Source: Candidatus Nomurabacteria bacterium | Lineage (GTDB): Bacteria > Patescibacteriota > Minisyncoccia > Phycocordibacterales > UBA918 | Direction of reading: 5' to 3' | DNA: 64,000 nt | Assembly: GCA_020632135.1 (NCBI GenBank) | Contig: JACKGC010000001.1 | Location: 372,241-436,240, forward strand | In this document: piece by piece, positions 8,454-17,153 of the stretch | Position numbering within the stretch: the stretch's first letter is position 1 | Layout of the letters: the number at the start of each line of letters is the position of its first letter | Translations under genes and position numbers: made by a program | Notes under the pieces: model-generated | What the model saw: only the letters and a program-made list of their open reading frames with translations | Database searches by the model: none | What the model was told of the DNA's origin: nothing

Positions 8454-8482
8454 GTGCACTATGTGGGACGATGTTAGAACTT
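8454..8482 (+). repeat. Cassette-junction motif copy B; contains GTTAGAACT at 8473-8481
   Basis: GTGCACTATGTGGGACGATGTTAGAACTT. Confidence 0.75.
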
Positions 8483-8485
8483 GTT

Positions 8486-9217
8486 TTATTGAACAGGTTT
8501 CTCAAAAACAAACAATGTACCAATAAATCCATTGTCTTCAACATCCTGTTTTTCGAACAAGTTAAAACCTGCTTCTGCAAATATGTCCAAGTAAAATTGC
8601 TCGTCCCTATTGTAATCCACCACTGTTCCAATGCCAGGTATGGCACTGTAGTGGAGAGTTTCTTTGTAGTCATTATTGTTGTGTGTAATGTTCTGTCTTT
8701 CAATAAATAAATCAGTTTCAGTGTGAAGTTTGTTTTCTATATATTCCTGATTTGCAACAGCAATAATCGCTTTACCTCTAGGCTTCAACATTTTAAATAT
8801 TTTTGAAGCTATTTCCGGAAATTCTTCTGACAAGAAATGCGGAAAAACATATATAGCGGTAACAAAATCGAAAGTAGAGTTAGTATTGAAGTCTTGAAAA
8901 GAATTGTCATGAAGCTGAACGGAGATATTTTTAGAAGTAACATTTTTAATACTTGATGCGTTCTCAAAATTAACTCGTGAGGGTTCGCATCCTTCGAGCA
9001 GCACATTATCAAATTCACCTCCAAGCTGTTCAGCAACTCTTTTTAGAAAAAAACCAATTCCAAATCCTATGTCAAAAATTGAAATACTTTTTGCATCATG
9101 CACCAGGAAATACTTATTAATGATCAAGTCATTGATTTTTGAATTAATACCTGTCTGTTCCTGATTCTTCCAATCAATTTTGTTGTATTGCAAATAGAAA
9201 AAATCTTTATTTTTCAT
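8486..9217 (-). CDS. Class I SAM-dependent methyltransferase in an AT-rich cassette
   Basis: Motif I is IFDIGFGIGFF. Composition is visibly AT-rich compared with the flanks. Confidence 0.75.
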   Translation of the reverse strand: MKNKDFFYLQYNKIDWKNQEQTGINSKINDLIINKYFLVHDAKSISIFDIGFGIGFFLKRVAEQLGGEFDNVLLEGCEPSRVNFENASSIKNVTSKNISVQLHDNSFQDFNTNSTFDFVTAIYVFPHFLSEEFPEIASKIFKMLKPRGKAIIAVANQEYIENKLHTETDLFIERQNITHNNNDYKETLHYSAIPGIGTVVDYNRDEQFYLDIFAEAGFNLFEKQDVEDNGFIGTLFVFEKPVQ

Positions 9218-9295
9218 AAATATATCCTAACACCAATGTTCATTTAAGCCAGAGACTTTACAGTTTGTGGGTTGCTGATTAAAGCTAAAACTCGT

Positions 9296-9319
9296 TGTGC
9301 GCGATGAGAGACTTGGTCA
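9296..9319 (-). repeat. Copy of the tRNA-Val 3' end (att-like), proximal
   Basis: GTGCGCGATGAGAGACTTGgtcac. 19 nt are identical to the tRNA-Val 3' end, and it shares the GTCAC extension with the 7805 copy. Confidence 0.75.
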
Positions 9320-9426
9320 CCTTCGCATCAACATTTTGTTCGACTTTCAGTCTCCAAAATATTGTGCTACGCGACCCCGGCGCTCGAGTCGTGCTCCCTT
9401 CGGTCCGCGCGATATATTCGCTTTTT

Positions 9427-9480
9427 CGACCAGATTTTTAATGACTGAAAGGAATATAAAAATGGAAGTGCCCTTGTGGT
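9427..9480 (+). repeat. Copy of the junction-element block (GACCAGATT...TATAAAAATGGAAGTGCCCTTGTGGTG)
   Basis: Aligns to the R3 element at 40561-40612. Confidence 0.7.
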
Positions 9481-9514
9481 GCAAGTCTCTCCTCACTCTG
9501 CTAAATCTGAGACA

Positions 9515-9548
9515 CAATAACCCCCAGTCTATGCAGACTGGGGGTTAT
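9515..9548 (-). terminator. 15-bp hairpin immediately 3' of tRNA-Val
   Basis: AATAACCCCCAGTCT-atgc-AGACTGGGGGTTATT. Confidence 0.55.
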
Positions 9549-9556
9549 TGGTCTAG

Positions 9557-9629
9557 TGCGCGATGAGAGACTTGAACTCCCGACCTTCTCGGTGTAAACG
9601 AGCTGCTCTACCAACTGAGCTAATCGCGC
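9557..9629 (-). tRNA. tRNA-Val (anticodon TAC)
   Basis: GCGCGATTAGCTCAGTTGGTAGAGCAGCTCGTTTACACCGAGAAGGTCGGGAGTTCAAGTCTCTCATCGCGCA. Confidence 0.9.
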
Positions 9630-9664
9630 AAATATTAATGTAGGCACTATCGTACCCAATTTTC

Positions 9665-9699
9665 GGAAAAAAACAAGCCGATCCTGGGTGGATCGGCTG
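9665..9699 (-). terminator. Terminator of the small minus-strand ORF
   Basis: AGCCGATCC/GGATCGGCT stem followed by TGTTTTTTT on the minus strand. Confidence 0.6.
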
Positions 9700-9734
9700 T
9701 TAGTACTTTGACCTGGTCGCTAATGCTCCGGTGC

Positions 9735-9908
9735 CTAGTCTGTCTTAAGGTACCGAGCTCGCTGGTCTATCGGATGTCGCGGGGTTGTACGAAGACTTGG
9801 TTGGATGCAACGATGGATCACCAGGTTTGGTAGCGAGCCACGATCTTCAATCGGCCGAGAGAAATTATCGATCTCTGCCCGGGGTTTGGATAGTTCAGTG
9901 GTGGTCAT
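9735..9908 (-). CDS. Small hypothetical protein (57 aa), absent from the ORF track
   Basis: GGAG RBS, then ATG. Sequence is MTTTELSKPRAEIDNFSRPIEDRGSLPNLVIHRCIQPSLRTTPRHPIDQRARYLKTD. A terminator lies downstream. Confidence 0.35.
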   Translation of the reverse strand: MTTTELSKPRAEIDNFSRPIEDRGSLPNLVIHRCIQPSLRTTPRHPIDQRARYLKTD

Positions 9909-9981
9909 GGGTTTCTCCTTTGAATGAGACCGGTAATGTTATAACTCTCTTTTTTCTGTCTGACAAGGTATACTGCTCTCC

Positions 9982-10254
9982 ATGATACAAATGCAGGCGA
10001 TCATCTCCGGGAAGGTGCAAGGTGTGGCGTATCGTGCGTACGTGCAGGAGTCTGCCACAGAGCTCGAGTTGGTTGGGTATGTGTACAACCAGTCAGACGG
10101 AAGTGTGCTCGTGGTGGCTCAAGGTGCAGGAGAAGTACTCAAGGAATTTGTGGAGTACTTGCACGAGGGTTCACTTATGGCGGTAGTTGAGAGCGTGGCG
10201 GTCGAATGGGGAAGTGTTGGGAAAACCTACGATGAGTTTTCAGTGTTGCACTAA
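9982..10254 (+). CDS. acyP: Acylphosphatase
   Basis: ISGKVQGVAYRAYV...GYVYNQSDGSVLVVAQG. TATACT-N7-ATG lies upstream. Confidence 0.9.
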   Translation: MIQMQAIISGKVQGVAYRAYVQESATELELVGYVYNQSDGSVLVVAQGAGEVLKEFVEYLHEGSLMAVVESVAVEWGSVGKTYDEFSVLH

Positions 10255-10257
10255 GGT

Positions 10258-10968
10258 ATGAACAAAACAACAAACGTACAGTGCATCGGGTTTATCATGG
10301 ATGGTAATCGCCGGTGGGCGAAAGAGCAGGGGCTGCTGACCTATGAGGGCCACCGCAAGGGCGGAGAAGTGTTAGCTGAATCGATACGATGGGTACGTGA
10401 CGCAGCCATTCCACATGCGGTGTACTACGCGTTCTCAACGGAGAACTGGAAGCGGAGCGAAGCGGAGGTGGGCTACTTGATGGATCTGTTTCGAGAATGG
10501 TTGCAGAGGATTGAAAATCGATTTGTTACTACTATTGAAGATGAAACGGAGGATCCCGTCAAAATCCGTATTGTTGGCAGACGAGAAGATTTTGCGCCAG
10601 ATATTGTTGCACAGATGAATCAACTTGAAGCTAAGAGTCAGGGGCATGCAGATGCCAAGACAACCATTTGGATTGCGCTCTCATACGGCGGCCGGGCAGA
10701 GATCGTAGCAGCGGTTAACGAGGCGGTCGCGCGCGGTGAGTACGTAACCGAAGAGAGTTTCGAAAAGCTTCTATGGACCGCTGATCTGCCTGATCCAGAT
10801 ATTATTGTGCGGCCAGGTGGGGAACATCGCCTTTCTAATTTCATGACCTGGCGTTCGGTCTATAGTGAACTCATGTTTCTCGACACGCACTGGCCGGCTT
10901 TGACTAAACAAGACTTTGACGACATACTCACACAATATGAACAGCGAGAGCGACGAAAAGGGAAATAA
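10258..10968 (+). CDS. uppS: Undecaprenyl-diphosphate synthase
   Basis: GFIMDGNRRWA, ALSYGGRAEI and RPGGEHRLSNFMTWRSVYSEL. Confidence 0.95.
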   Translation: MNKTTNVQCIGFIMDGNRRWAKEQGLLTYEGHRKGGEVLAESIRWVRDAAIPHAVYYAFSTENWKRSEAEVGYLMDLFREWLQRIENRFVTTIEDETEDPVKIRIVGRREDFAPDIVAQMNQLEAKSQGHADAKTTIWIALSYGGRAEIVAAVNEAVARGEYVTEESFEKLLWTADLPDPDIIVRPGGEHRLSNFMTWRSVYSELMFLDTHWPALTKQDFDDILTQYEQRERRKGK

Positions 10969-11002
10969 GGGAAAGGAAACAGGCGCTGCGCCCACTGAGC
11001 CA

Positions 11003-11731
11003 ATGATCTTATTTGAAGATGATGATGTCTTAGTGATCAATAAACCATACGGCTGGCTGACTCACGAAGACACTAAAACCAGTGCACCGACGGTGGTGGA
11101 GTGGTTTCTTAGTCGGCTGCCTTCGGCAGCCGGCGTCGGCGAACCCGGCTACTCACCCCAGGGTGTCGAGCTTGATCGCTCTGGCGTAGTACACCGCCTC
11201 GACCGCGAGACATCAGGGGTGCTCATCCTCGCTAAGACTCAGGCTGCGTACCAGCAGCTCAAGCAGCAGTTTAAGGACCATAACGTACACAAAGAATATC
11301 GTGCGCTGGTGTATGGTCGACTCAATGACCGTTGGGGCACCATCAACCGACCAATCGGCCGCAGCGCCAAGGATTCACGTCGACGGAGTGCTGAGCGGGG
11401 TGCTAAAGGTCAGTTACGCGAAGCGATCACTGACTTTGAACGGATTGGAGTAGGGGAATTCCAAGATGAGCCGTTTTCGTATGTAAAGCTCATGCCGAAG
11501 ACCGGTCGCACCCACCAACTCCGCGTGCACCTACGTGCCATTGACCGTCCAATTGTGATGGATGGACTCTATGCCGCCCATAAGATCGAGCGGTCAAATA
11601 ACCTTGGTCTTGAGCGTCTCGCGCTCCATGCGCATGTGTTAGAGCTGGCACTGCGAAGTGGGGAGACACACCGTTTCATTGCGCCGGTGCCACTGGCGTT
11701 TGAACAGGCCGCAGATCGCATTGCAGAGTAG
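11003..11731 (+). CDS. RluA-family pseudouridine synthase; start uncertain (10916, 10937 or 11003)
   Basis: ILFEDDDVLVINKPYGWLTH and HRLDRETSGVLILAKT. The 11003 start avoids overlap with uppS. Confidence 0.8.
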   Translation: MILFEDDDVLVINKPYGWLTHEDTKTSAPTVVEWFLSRLPSAAGVGEPGYSPQGVELDRSGVVHRLDRETSGVLILAKTQAAYQQLKQQFKDHNVHKEYRALVYGRLNDRWGTINRPIGRSAKDSRRRSAERGAKGQLREAITDFERIGVGEFQDEPFSYVKLMPKTGRTHQLRVHLRAIDRPIVMDGLYAAHKIERSNNLGLERLALHAHVLELALRSGETHRFIAPVPLAFEQAADRIAE

Positions 11732-11807
11732 GTGAGATTGTGGTAGATTGTGGCACGTTTTTAGGGACGTCTTTTATCGACGCAAGATTAATTTATTCAA
11801 TATATTT

Positions 11808-12425
11808 ATGAAAGCAGTACTGGCTGGGGTGAATGTGTCACCCGTCAATATGGAAGAACGCAAAAGTCTTGGCATCAAGGCTGGCGATACGGTGCGCGTG
11901 CACCAGAAGATCGTGGATGAGAAGGGGAAGACTCGCATCCAGGTCTTTGAGGGTCTCGTATTGGCCCGCAAGCATGGTGATGAGCCAGGCGCTACCTTTA
12001 CTGTACGTAAAGTAGCGAGCGGTGTTGGTGTCGAGAAGATCTTCCCGCTCTACTCTCCACTGATTGACAAGCTCGAGATCGTGAAGCGTGCCAAGGTGCG
12101 CCGCAGCAAGCTCTACTACATCCGTGAGAAGGTGAACCGTGAGATCAAGCGTCAGATGCGTCGTATGAGCCTCGTGTCTATGTCAACAGAGTCTGAAGCT
12201 GAAACAGCCGCTCGCGCTGCCGAGGAGGCTAAGAAGGCCGAGGAAGAGGCAGCTAAAGCTGCTAAAGCTGCTGAAGCAGAAGCTGCCAAGAAGGCTGAGG
12301 AGGTGGCTAAGGCTGCAGAGGCAGCCGCAGCAGAAGCGCCAGCTGAAGATGCAGCTACTGAAGCCTCAGCAGAGGAAGTTCCTACTGCCGAGACTGAAGT
12401 AAAGGAGGAGGAGAAAAAGGACTAG
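11808..12425 (+). CDS. rplS: Ribosomal protein L19 with a long Ala/Glu/Lys-rich C-terminal extension
   Basis: [35 protein letters not shown]...[11 protein letters not shown], followed by the tail [37 protein letters not shown]... Confidence 0.9.
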   Translation: MKAVLAGVNVSPVNMEERKSLGIKAGDTVRVHQKIVDEKGKTRIQVFEGLVLARKHGDEPGATFTVRKVASGVGVEKIFPLYSPLIDKLEIVKRAKVRRSKLYYIREKVNREIKRQMRRMSLVSMSTESEAETAARAAEEAKKAEEEAAKAAKAAEAEAAKKAEEVAKAAEAAAAEAPAEDAATEASAEEVPTAETEVKEEEKKD

Positions 12426-12437
12426 GTGAATACAGAA

Positions 12438-12467
12438 AGCGGCGGCCCGAAGGGCCGCCGCTTTTTT
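12438..12467 (+). terminator. Terminator after rplS (bidirectional position)
   Basis: AGCGGCGGCCC-gaa-GGGCCGCCGCT followed by TTTTTT. Confidence 0.8.
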
Positions 12468-12479
12468 ATATGTCACTCA

Positions 12480-14393
12480 CTAATTCACAATGATCTTGGT
12501 TGGGGTACGGTAGCTGCTTTGTGGCAGCGCGTTCCAGCTCTGATCTGGTGCAGCGTCAGTATCGTTATAGTTGATACTGAGCAGTTGCATACGAGCAGTG
12601 GTGTTTGGTACACCAGGTAGGTGGGTCACGGTCAAGGTCACTGTCTCGGTGCTACCTTCTGGAATGTAGAAGTAGTTACCTTCCTCCTCAGCGCTTGAGG
12701 TTACGACCGGCGTGCCGGAAGCAGCAAGTGCATTGCCTAGGGAATCTTGCAGTTGGTAGTCAACACCGTCTGTACCAACTGGAATGTAGACATCTTGCCC
12801 AAAGGCGGCTACCGCAACACGGATCACGAAGGTGACATAGTCGTTGTTTGAGCCGCTCACTGAGGTCACTTCAGCTGTAGCGGTTGGGCTCTCGACGTCA
12901 GTACCCTTGGTGTAGAGCAGGTGTGTCTCTCCGGTGACCGCACCTTGGAGCTGCTCGCTATCGAGATCGTCACCACCCTCAGCGTCGATATCATCAGCGT
13001 CAATATGACCGACGATCGAGATGCCCTCAAACTCTTCATTGAGTGAACGGAAGTCGATCTCGACTGAGGCGGTGACGCGGTCGCCAGCGTCTATCTGCAA
13101 ATCGCCGTAATCAAACGAGAACGTGATGATGCCAGTAGCACCGTCGGTGACATGTTCATCAGTGTAAGTTTCGCCGTCGATGATGATGCGGGCATTGCGA
13201 ACGAAATCGCTCAGTGTGCCGCTGCTGACAGTGAATTGGATGGGGAGTTCGTAGATGTCGATATCGTTCTCACTGTCGTCAGTATCGAGATCAAAAGCGA
13301 ATACCTCCAAGTAGCCAGAGTTTCGATCATCCTTCACGCGTAGGACTGAAGCATCAGGATCATCGTCAGACCGTCGCGTAATGATCTCGTCAGAGGCGCC
13401 GGCTTCATCGATATTGAGGGTCACTGCGTCAGCGGTGTCGCCGATGTAAAGTGCAGCTCGGTCTGCATCAAGAGCGCGAATGCCCTCGTCGGGAATATAG
13501 GCGGTCCAGATTTCTCCGTTGTCAGTTCCACGGACGCCATTTTGCACATCGACGCGAACGGTGAGTTCTATTTCACGGCCTTCACGCATACGCCAGTCTA
13601 GTCCCGAGAGGCGAATTGTATAGTCGCCGTCAGTTGGCGAGTCCTCAATCCAGTTGTTTCGGTTTGAGGCATCAACACGAGCGAGTCGGGTGTTGCTATT
13701 CCAGATCGATACTTCCTCGAAGGTGTCCCATGGGTCATCTTCATCGTTGGCATTGTCTGGGGTAAAGCCCACCTCAACGCGATTGAGTCGTGCATCACCG
13801 TCTTCGACTCGGAACGAGACCTCCATGATCTCAGCATTACCGTCGCCTTCTTCTAAGTCAGTGTTATTACCATCTTTTACTGTGAAGCGCTCTAGTGAAG
13901 CTTCGCCGCTGAGTGGCGGCTCAGGCTCAGGCTTTGGTTCAGGAGTTGGAGTGGGGGTTGGAGTGGGGGGTACCGTACAGAGGCTCTGTGCCTTTGCCAT
14001 GGTTAGAGGACCATAGTTGTAGCCGAGCGCCGGGCTAATACCTTGTGTCGCCTGGAATTGTTGCAGTGCAGTTTGCGTTTGGGCACCAAAGTAACCAGTT
14101 GCGCCAGCGGGAATTACATGCCCCCGACTCATCAAGAATTGTTGCAGTACGGCCACTTGGCTACTGCGCTCACCATATGCAATATGTTGCTGTGGGTAGA
14201 CACAGACTGTTCCGCTCTGCATAGCCAAAAGTTGCGCCTGCAACGTGGCTATCTGTGTGAGTAAGCTTTGAATTTGAGCCTGCAGTTCTGCGTGGGTTGC
14301 AGCCTGGACTCTTGGGGCAGGGAGGGTGATACTTACGAGCAAAAGCGCGATGATACCACCAACCATGCCCCGATATAGGGTGCTTATTTTCAT
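12480..14393 (-). CDS. Secreted protein with a coiled coil, peptidoglycan-binding-like domain, PT/PE linker and large acidic C-terminal domain
   Basis: Signal/TM segment GGIIALLLVSITLPAPRVQA. PG_binding-like segment VAVLQQFLMSRGHVIPAGATGYFGAQTQTALQQFQ. Linker PPTPTPTPTPEPKPEPEPP. Confidence 0.6.
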   Translation of the reverse strand: MKISTLYRGMVGGIIALLLVSITLPAPRVQAATHAELQAQIQSLLTQIATLQAQLLAMQSGTVCVYPQQHIAYGERSSQVAVLQQFLMSRGHVIPAGATGYFGAQTQTALQQFQATQGISPALGYNYGPLTMAKAQSLCTVPPTPTPTPTPEPKPEPEPPLSGEASLERFTVKDGNNTDLEEGDGNAEIMEVSFRVEDGDARLNRVEVGFTPDNANDEDDPWDTFEEVSIWNSNTRLARVDASNRNNWIEDSPTDGDYTIRLSGLDWRMREGREIELTVRVDVQNGVRGTDNGEIWTAYIPDEGIRALDADRAALYIGDTADAVTLNIDEAGASDEIITRRSDDDPDASVLRVKDDRNSGYLEVFAFDLDTDDSENDIDIYELPIQFTVSSGTLSDFVRNARIIIDGETYTDEHVTDGATGIITFSFDYGDLQIDAGDRVTASVEIDFRSLNEEFEGISIVGHIDADDIDAEGGDDLDSEQLQGAVTGETHLLYTKGTDVESPTATAEVTSVSGSNNDYVTFVIRVAVAAFGQDVYIPVGTDGVDYQLQDSLGNALAASGTPVVTSSAEEEGNYFYIPEGSTETVTLTVTHLPGVPNTTARMQLLSINYNDTDAAPDQSWNALPQSSYRTPTKIIVN

Positions 14394-14521
14394 AGTGGTT
14401 AATTTTTTAAGTACTTCGAATAAGTGTAGGTATTACCTCCGCCTACACTTACTATGACGTATGGAAGTTTGGAAGCTTACAAAAGGCAGCACACGGCCGT
14501 ATGTGGTACGCTGGGGACATT

Positions 14522-15370
14522 ATGAAACCTAGTACAAAACTGCAAGCATTGATTGAAGTGGTTGAAACTGCTGGCCAGTTGGCTCGCGAGTACTTTTACC
14601 AACACGAAGCGTTCGCTGAAAAAGAGGATCGTTCGGTCGTAACTAAAATAGATACCGAGACCGAAGCGGCGTTGCGCGCTTTTATTGCTGCACACTTTCC
14701 GCACGATACGATCGTTGGTGAGGAAGGTGCGGATGTGACAGGTGATTCAGGGTATGTATGGTACATCGACCCGATTGATGGTACTGAGAATTTTATTCGT
14801 AAGATACCGCTCTTTAGTATTACCGCCACTCGGCTTGGTCCGGGGCCGGAAGGTTCGTGTGCGGTAGTTCACAATCCCATCTCACGGCAAACCTTCGCTT
14901 CATTCATGGAAGCAGGGGTGTACGAGAATCGTACTTTAGCCACGCGTGCCGCTACCGCGATCGGTGGTCGGCGAGCCATACACGTGCTTTCATCCTCGTA
15001 TGAGCCATGGGTGAAGCCGGCGAAACATCGGCTGGTACATGAGCTTGGTGCGCGCTACGGACGGAGCGCCTCGTTTAGTGCAGGTCTCTTGGAGCTGGCG
15101 TACGTGGCAGCCGGTCGGCTTGATGGCGTGATCGCTTTGCATAACAACCCGTGGGACACGGCGGCAGGTTTGTATCTTAATAAGTCAGCCGGCTCCCGGA
15201 TCAGCCTGTTTGTCGATGGTGAGTGGCAGGGTTACCATGGCGCTATTAGTGCACTGTATGGCGCATCGAAAAGAGAACGTCCTATACTACTAGTGTCTGA
15301 CCCGGTCATGCACGACGAGTTGTGTGCGTTTGTGGGTGACCCACGGCAGTGGGCAGTCGATACAGCTTGA
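14522..15370 (+). CDS. Inositol monophosphatase family protein
   Basis: WYIDPIDGTENF and NPWDTAAG motifs. Confidence 0.85.
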   Translation: MKPSTKLQALIEVVETAGQLAREYFYQHEAFAEKEDRSVVTKIDTETEAALRAFIAAHFPHDTIVGEEGADVTGDSGYVWYIDPIDGTENFIRKIPLFSITATRLGPGPEGSCAVVHNPISRQTFASFMEAGVYENRTLATRAATAIGGRRAIHVLSSSYEPWVKPAKHRLVHELGARYGRSASFSAGLLELAYVAAGRLDGVIALHNNPWDTAAGLYLNKSAGSRISLFVDGEWQGYHGAISALYGASKRERPILLVSDPVMHDELCAFVGDPRQWAVDTA

Positions 15371-15418
15371 ATTATCAGTATGTATAAGGCATAATGGCCC
15401 GACCTTAGAAAGGTAACT

Positions 15419-15502
15419 GTCCAGGTGGCGAAATTGGTAGACGCGCTACCTTGAGGGGGTAGTGGGAGTTATCCCGTGCTGGTTCAACTCCAGTCCTGGA
15501 CA
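15419..15502 (+). tRNA. tRNA-Leu (anticodon GAG)
   Basis: Acceptor GTCCAGG/CCTGGAC, anticodon stem CTACC/GGTAG, anticodon loop TT-GAG-GG, long variable arm. Confidence 0.9.
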
Positions 15503-15598
15503 CAAAATGCCGACCGCAAAACGAATGTCTTGCGGTCGTTGTATTTTGTGTCCAGCAAACGGCGGCCCTTCGGGCCGCCGTTTGCTATACTGCATACA

Positions 15599-16066
15599 AT
15601 GAATACAATCAGTGATGTATCGTATGGGGTGATACCCCTGCGTCGTGTCGGAGCCGAGTGGGAAGTATTTATGATCCATCAATACAGCCGTATCGGCAAC
15701 AATGCGTACTGGGTCTTTCCCAAAGGACACGCTGAAGCCTCCGAATCACCAATTGAAGCAGCGACCCGAGAACTACATGAAGAAACCGGTTTGACGATCG
15801 AACAGCTCATTACCGAGCCAACATTCTCTGTGTCGTACTCGTTTCTCTATGACGGTGACCAGGTACACAAAACGGTTTGGTTCTATGTGGCTACGGTGTA
15901 TGGAGAGCCACAGCTTGATCCAGAAGAGGTGAAAGAGGCGGGGTGGTATGACCTCAAAGCAGCTCAAACCAAACTCGACTATCAGGACACCAAAAAGCTA
16001 TTCACTGAGGTGTGCACGTTCATACTATCTCCGCAAATGACGGAAAAGCTACACAAGCGCCTCTAA
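15599..16066 (+). CDS. Nudix hydrolase
   Basis: Start at MNTISDVSYGVIPL with TGcTATACT-N7-ATG upstream. Nudix box GHAEASESPIEAATRELHEETGL. Confidence 0.85.
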   Translation: MNTISDVSYGVIPLRRVGAEWEVFMIHQYSRIGNNAYWVFPKGHAEASESPIEAATRELHEETGLTIEQLITEPTFSVSYSFLYDGDQVHKTVWFYVATVYGEPQLDPEEVKEAGWYDLKAAQTKLDYQDTKKLFTEVCTFILSPQMTEKLHKRL

Positions 16067-16420
16067 CTTCACTTTGGCAACAATATCCTCCAAACTACTG
16101 TGTGCTTTGATGAGATAGTCTGTGATAGAACCTTCGTGTGCACCAGCGATATTTTGTACATCATCCATTGCGGTGAGCATAATGACCTTAACTTTCTTGC
16201 CCCACGCATCCTGGCGCAAATGCTCTAGCATTTCGTGTCCGTCCATGATCGGCATGACGATATCGAGTAAAATGAGATCTGGGTGTTTCTCCAACGCTGT
16301 CTCCAGTCCAGCCTTACCGTTTTCAGCGGTGAGAACGGTGAATCCAGCATCAGCAATTGCCTCAGACATAGCTTCTCGGATATCAGCCTCGTCTTCAACT
16401 AGTAGAATTGTTTTACTCAT
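16049..16420 (-). CDS. Single-domain response regulator (CheY-like receiver)
   Basis: KTILLVEDEADIRE...DLILLDIVMPIMDG...KVIMLTA. Confidence 0.9.
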   Translation of the reverse strand: MSKTILLVEDEADIREAMSEAIADAGFTVLTAENGKAGLETALEKHPDLILLDIVMPIMDGHEMLEHLRQDAWGKKVKVIMLTAMDDVQNIAGAHEGSITDYLIKAHSSLEDIVAKVKLEALV

Positions 16421-16495
16421 GATGAACAGATAATAGCATGATGTGTAGGGAGAGGAAAACCCAGGCCAATGGCCTGGGTTTTGGTATTCATTCTC

Positions 16496-17017
16496 TTACA
16501 GGGTGTGAGCAATAATGCTCCATGCGTACATGATGTCGCGCACATACTCTTGTTCGTGCTCCAAGCCACGCTTACGTTTGGCGCCCTTGGCACCCCAGCG
16601 GTATGCGATCAGCAACTCTTCCGCGTGTTGGTAGCCAGCTGGGCGCAAAGTACGGTTGAGGTAGCGTGCTGCTGCCCAAATAGAGTTGTGTGGGTCGCGG
16701 ATATCACCAGCGATGCTGATCCCAGCATACGTGCTTGGTAGTATCTGCATGAGACCGTACGCATGCTCACCAGTGTCAGCTGCTTCAGCTGACACTGCGT
16801 CTGCCTCACAAGCACTTTCTCTCGCTGCGATCGCCATCAACAAATGTGGGGCGAGATCCTCAGATCTGCCTGCGGCAAGAAAAGTTTCGTAGTAAGGAGT
16901 GCAGCGCTGAATGAGCTGCTCCAGGCCATTTTGCCAAACGGCGTTGGCGCCCGCGCCCGCGCTCAGTAGAAATAGGCACAAGAGGGTAGAGAGTTGCAAT
17001 GATGCAAGATGGGCCAT
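16496..17017 (-). CDS. virB1: Lytic transglycosylase (SLT domain), VirB1-like
   Basis: Start at MAHLASLQL (signal peptide) with an AAGGAG RBS. Contains ARESACEADAV...YGLMQILPSTY. Confidence 0.8.
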   Translation of the reverse strand: MAHLASLQLSTLLCLFLLSAGAGANAVWQNGLEQLIQRCTPYYETFLAAGRSEDLAPHLLMAIAARESACEADAVSAEAADTGEHAYGLMQILPSTYAGISIAGDIRDPHNSIWAAARYLNRTLRPAGYQHAEELLIAYRWGAKGAKRKRGLEHEQEYVRDIMYAWSIIAHTL

Positions 17018-17125
17018 GCTTGATCTCCTTCGTGGTACAACCAAATGTAAAATAACAGCAAACAGGAAAACGTCAAGGGTACATATTGACATACAAATTA
17101 ATAAGTGGTGTGACCTAATACTTGC

Positions 17126-17153
17126 TTGCAGGAACAATTTTGCACTATATACT
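17126..17153 (+). promoter_or_regulatory. Candidate promoter for the T4SS operon (TTGCAG-N16-TATACT)
   Basis: Read by eye. It would give a 5' UTR of about 350 nt before virB2. Confidence 0.3.

Noticed and set aside
7810-8710. Plus-strand ORFs 7810-8082 and 8402-8710 in the tRNA-Val islet.
   Set aside because: They run across repeats, hairpins and the antisense of the AT-rich genes. Only their short MWDDVRT-type starts recur, and I treat those as part of the junction motif rather than as intact genes.
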